Shown here piece after piece: positions 61,101 to 64,000 of a stretch of DNA of 64,000 bases. The stretch spans positions 13,888,001 to 13,952,000 of the forward strand of contig OZ316775.1 in assembly GCA_973851085.1 (NCBI GenBank), given 5' to 3'. The stretch's first letter is position 1, and each line of letters starts with the position of its first letter. This stretch comes from Ptychomitrium polyphyllum. Taxonomy: Eukaryota. The notes below the pieces were generated by a model. The model made no database searches, was not told the DNA's origin, and was given only the letters and a program-made list of their open reading frames with translations. The position numbers were made by a program, and so were the translations under genes.

Positions 61101-62455
61101 GAAGGCGTCTTCTTCAGTCGACAGAAAAGCGCCTCCGACAGAGAACCAGCTTCAAGCCAAAGTTCATGTGGATGACCGGAGCTCTCTTGTAATGTTCGAC
61201 CCATTCCGAATTGGGAACCGCGATTTTAGAGTGCTTCCTCGTCGGGATATGGAACACATTTGGGGTAAGGTGCTCGATGGGTGCCGTTCTAACGTTCTGC
61301 GACAGCTGCTATCCTCGCACGGAACTCTTATGGCGCTCTCTATTGCCAGCGGTAAGTATTGGATTAATCATCCTTCACATTCTGTGTGTCTAATCGATCT
61401 CCTGCTCTTCTTGATTGGGAGTTTTCTTATAATTTACCTTTCCCTGAAGTACGTGATATGTTGGTAACCTTAAGCTTGTCCAGTCGAAACCTTTGCGGTT
61501 GCGCATGTGGAGTTTCGGAGTGCAGAGCACAAGGCGCGTGCAGAGCGTCTGCGGAGCAGCACATGCCATGCGTTCCAGATGGCGCTTGGTTGCCCCGTCG
61601 AACTGAAGCTCAGCCTTAAGTCATGCCCCCCAAGCGTGGCCCTTGAAGAACTTCAAGCTTCTCGCGCGACGCAATGCATATCCTCATCAAGTGGGCTCAA
61701 GACTCACACTGCCAATGCTTCCAAGAAGGATGTCCCTTCAGGCCCCCAGTTGCGCCAACAGCGCAGCATTCAACCCAGAAGCAGTAGACAGGAGATGCTC
61801 ACAGGCTTGGCTGCTCGATCCCGTCGGTTTGCTGATGCAGGAGCAGGGCCTCGTTTGAGCTCTCATGCCAGCATTAGTGATTACAAATATTGCTTTCCTG
61901 CAGCTGGTTCGTCTCACCGGTACAGATCTGGAAGACGGCCATCGCTCACCAGAGTGCCCAGTTTTGATGCACCTGCCGCGAAAGTGAGATGGAAGCATCC
62001 AAAGTTCGAGGGCATCACAAACTCGGAGCGCAAAAACAGGTTTTGGATCTTTGCTTTTACTGATCCCTCATCGATTAATCTAGTCTGTATCCGCTCCTTG
62101 TATGCATCATGCCAAAGCTTGGATGATCCTCGAATTCTGAGTTCATCATTGTTTGGCTTCTCAGGAAGTTGAAACCACGGCGCAAACGAACTGGGGTTGC
62201 TTACTGCTGGCAATCACCTCTATTCGAACTGGTAAGTTCCTTCACGTTCTCAGGTTTTCACAATTCCTGATTTCTCAATTGACGAGACGACGCTGATCTG
62301 TCGGTAACTTGGTTTCGACTAACATTACTCTACTTGTGATTCATGAGCAGCCTCAGAGGCAAGTGCCGGAACATAGACGGAAGGTGCGCTTCTTCCTTTG
62401 GTTGGTGCCTTGTGGGAGGTCAATACACACCCATGGATCACCAAGCAGACCATAA
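58169..62455 (+). CDS. STICHEL-like protein (DNA polymerase III gamma/tau-related AAA+), about 1193 aa, 7 coding exons
   Basis: Exons 58169-60012, 60108-60318, 60440-60659, 60773-61351, 61484-62039, 62165-62231 and 62351-62455 join in frame (3582 nt). HLHLTNNIH, SLRDPS, NGCGMPW, KYRPRSFKDMVGQ, Walker A GPRGTGKT, Zn module PCGLCREC, SRC motif, DGSLRDAE, STWLTAALLQ, C-terminal LVPCG. The last two junctions are less certain. Confidence 0.9.
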
Positions 62456-63679
62456 ACATCCTCGAAATTAATCACGGCATATTCCTACATTCCGATCCTC
62501 TCTGAGCACCAACCTCTCTAAATTCCATCTTTGCAGCTAAAGGACCGATGTTCAAAAAGTTCGATCACCAGTGTAGAATGTAACGGCTCAAAGCAGCTGT
62601 GCAATGAGCTGATAATTAATCTTCAGCAGAAGCTGTGCAGGATCCTTGGGGTTGGGAGGACTGAAGGACGGGAGGAGGGGAGGACGAGACTCAAAAATTT
62701 GGACGAGACATTATATGTGATGGGGAAAGCAGGAGGCAGAATTTGAATACCAGTAATCCAAATGAAGGAATTGGTCGTTGCGATGGAATTGGCCGAATCT
62801 AGTGGTGTAGTTGAAATCTTATACAATTGTTTAAATCTTGAGATAGGAGTGTACGACTTTGAAAGTAAATGTGTAGACTGGGACAGCAAATCCTTGCATG
62901 TAATTTGTTTTGCTAATTTGATATGTGCCACGCTAGGAGTTGAAAACGGCATCACAGAATGGTAGTGTACTCCTTGATTGGGTACTCTTTGGATGAGATG
63001 TTAATGGTGAAGTTCTGCAGAATGCAACTTCATCCATTGATAATTCATACATATGGTGCCCAATTAAGGAGTGCATAGTGCTATTGTCGGGAATATTAAC
63101 AGTTCAATAATGGCACCGTTTAGCATCCTTGTGATACAGTTTTGAAACAAGAGAACTTGAATCACGTTTCACTTAACGTCTTCAACTTGCACTGGTTTGA
63201 AAGTAAATAACCGAAGTTCAGAAATATTCCTAGAGCCTTGTGCTAGCTGCCCTCAAGGAGTACTTGCATATCGCCAAGGCAAACCTGATACTTTTGACAA
63301 AAATATCAATTTCTAGTAACTGTATACTGGGCAAACCGACTCACAAACGCCACTTTTTTTAATGTGCACAGCACTGCACGTTACTGACTAGTCCATTAGT
63401 GATCAATGTTTCAAGTCGAATCTAATCAGAGTACGTAGAGGATGTGGAGAGGCAGGTCAGAGTGCGCATGTGTAAATAGAAATGCGCTTGTATGTAGAGT
63501 TACGTTTCTCGTACTTTTCATTCAGAAGAATCACGCTTGGTTTTATCGCAATTGAACATTCACAACGTAATCTGCAAGGAATTGAGCAACATGTATTATG
63601 AGTGTTCATCTAAACATCAGATCTCTACTCGTCGGTAACTTCCGTGGAATTCACTACGTTTGTAGACAGATAATACTCA

Positions 63680-64000
63680 CCTTTATGCTGTAGGCGTGGC
63701 CGCAGGCATGGACCTGTATATCTCATCTCCCATCGCGAACCAGTACCACCCACTTGAAGTAGCCGCTAGCATCCTGCACACAACGATTGCTAGCAGGTGT
63801 TTCGTCTCAACTCATTCTCCATCATCAGCTTGAGTCTAACTCGGATAGCCGATTGCCAAAACCTTGCATCCCTCGCTCCTGAATAGCTCAGTAAGCTGCA
63901 TGATACTCGTTGCAATTCCACATATTTCAAGGTGATGTTCAATCTTAGTAGTTTTTCCAGGAGAGTCATGCAATCTAGCACCACAGATGTATCATGATCT
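63680..64000 (-). pseudogene. Possible decayed TORNADO1/ROCO-like (LRR-Roc) fragment running off the window end
   Basis: LEKLLRLNITLKYVEL (LRR-like) and ENELRRN, followed in another frame by IQVHACGHAYSIK, which resembles a degenerate Roc P-loop (xVFLCGxxxxGKT). Stops and a frame change are present. Confidence 0.3.

Overview
Eukaryotic nuclear DNA from a land plant. A moss is the most likely source, which I infer from short GT-AG introns, the gene set and the sharply bounded AT-rich decayed blocks. Ten intact-looking genes can be reconstructed by hand: an EamA/DMT transporter with long extensions (+), a 31-exon UBP12/13 (USP7-type) deubiquitinase (-), NIP7 (-), a 20-exon PqqL-like M16 metalloprotease (-), an intronless MAK/RCK kinase (+), an oil-body protein OBAP2 (-), a peroxisomal enoyl-CoA isomerase ending in AKL (+), a TIFY repressor (+), an intronless ALIS/CDC50 flippase subunit (+) and a STICHEL-like AAA+ protein (+). 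Between them lie three AT-rich, CpG-depleted blocks, an F-box/kelch-type pseudogene, weaker kinase and ROCO-like relics, a MITE-like palindrome and simple repeats. The best lead is the TIFY gene. After splicing it shows a divergent PEAPOD (PPD) domain split across exons 1 and 2, an EAR-like motif, a PY-less Jas motif, and a Jas intron that is 135 nt and stop-free, so retention would insert a hydrophobic segment rather than truncate the protein. Other leads are a KR substitution in the STICHEL-like Walker B, loss of the TxY switch in the MAK-like kinase, and a hidden three-exon ORF upstream of the STICHEL-like gene. No searches were run; family calls come from recalled motifs. I recognised no tRNA, rRNA or CRISPR features.
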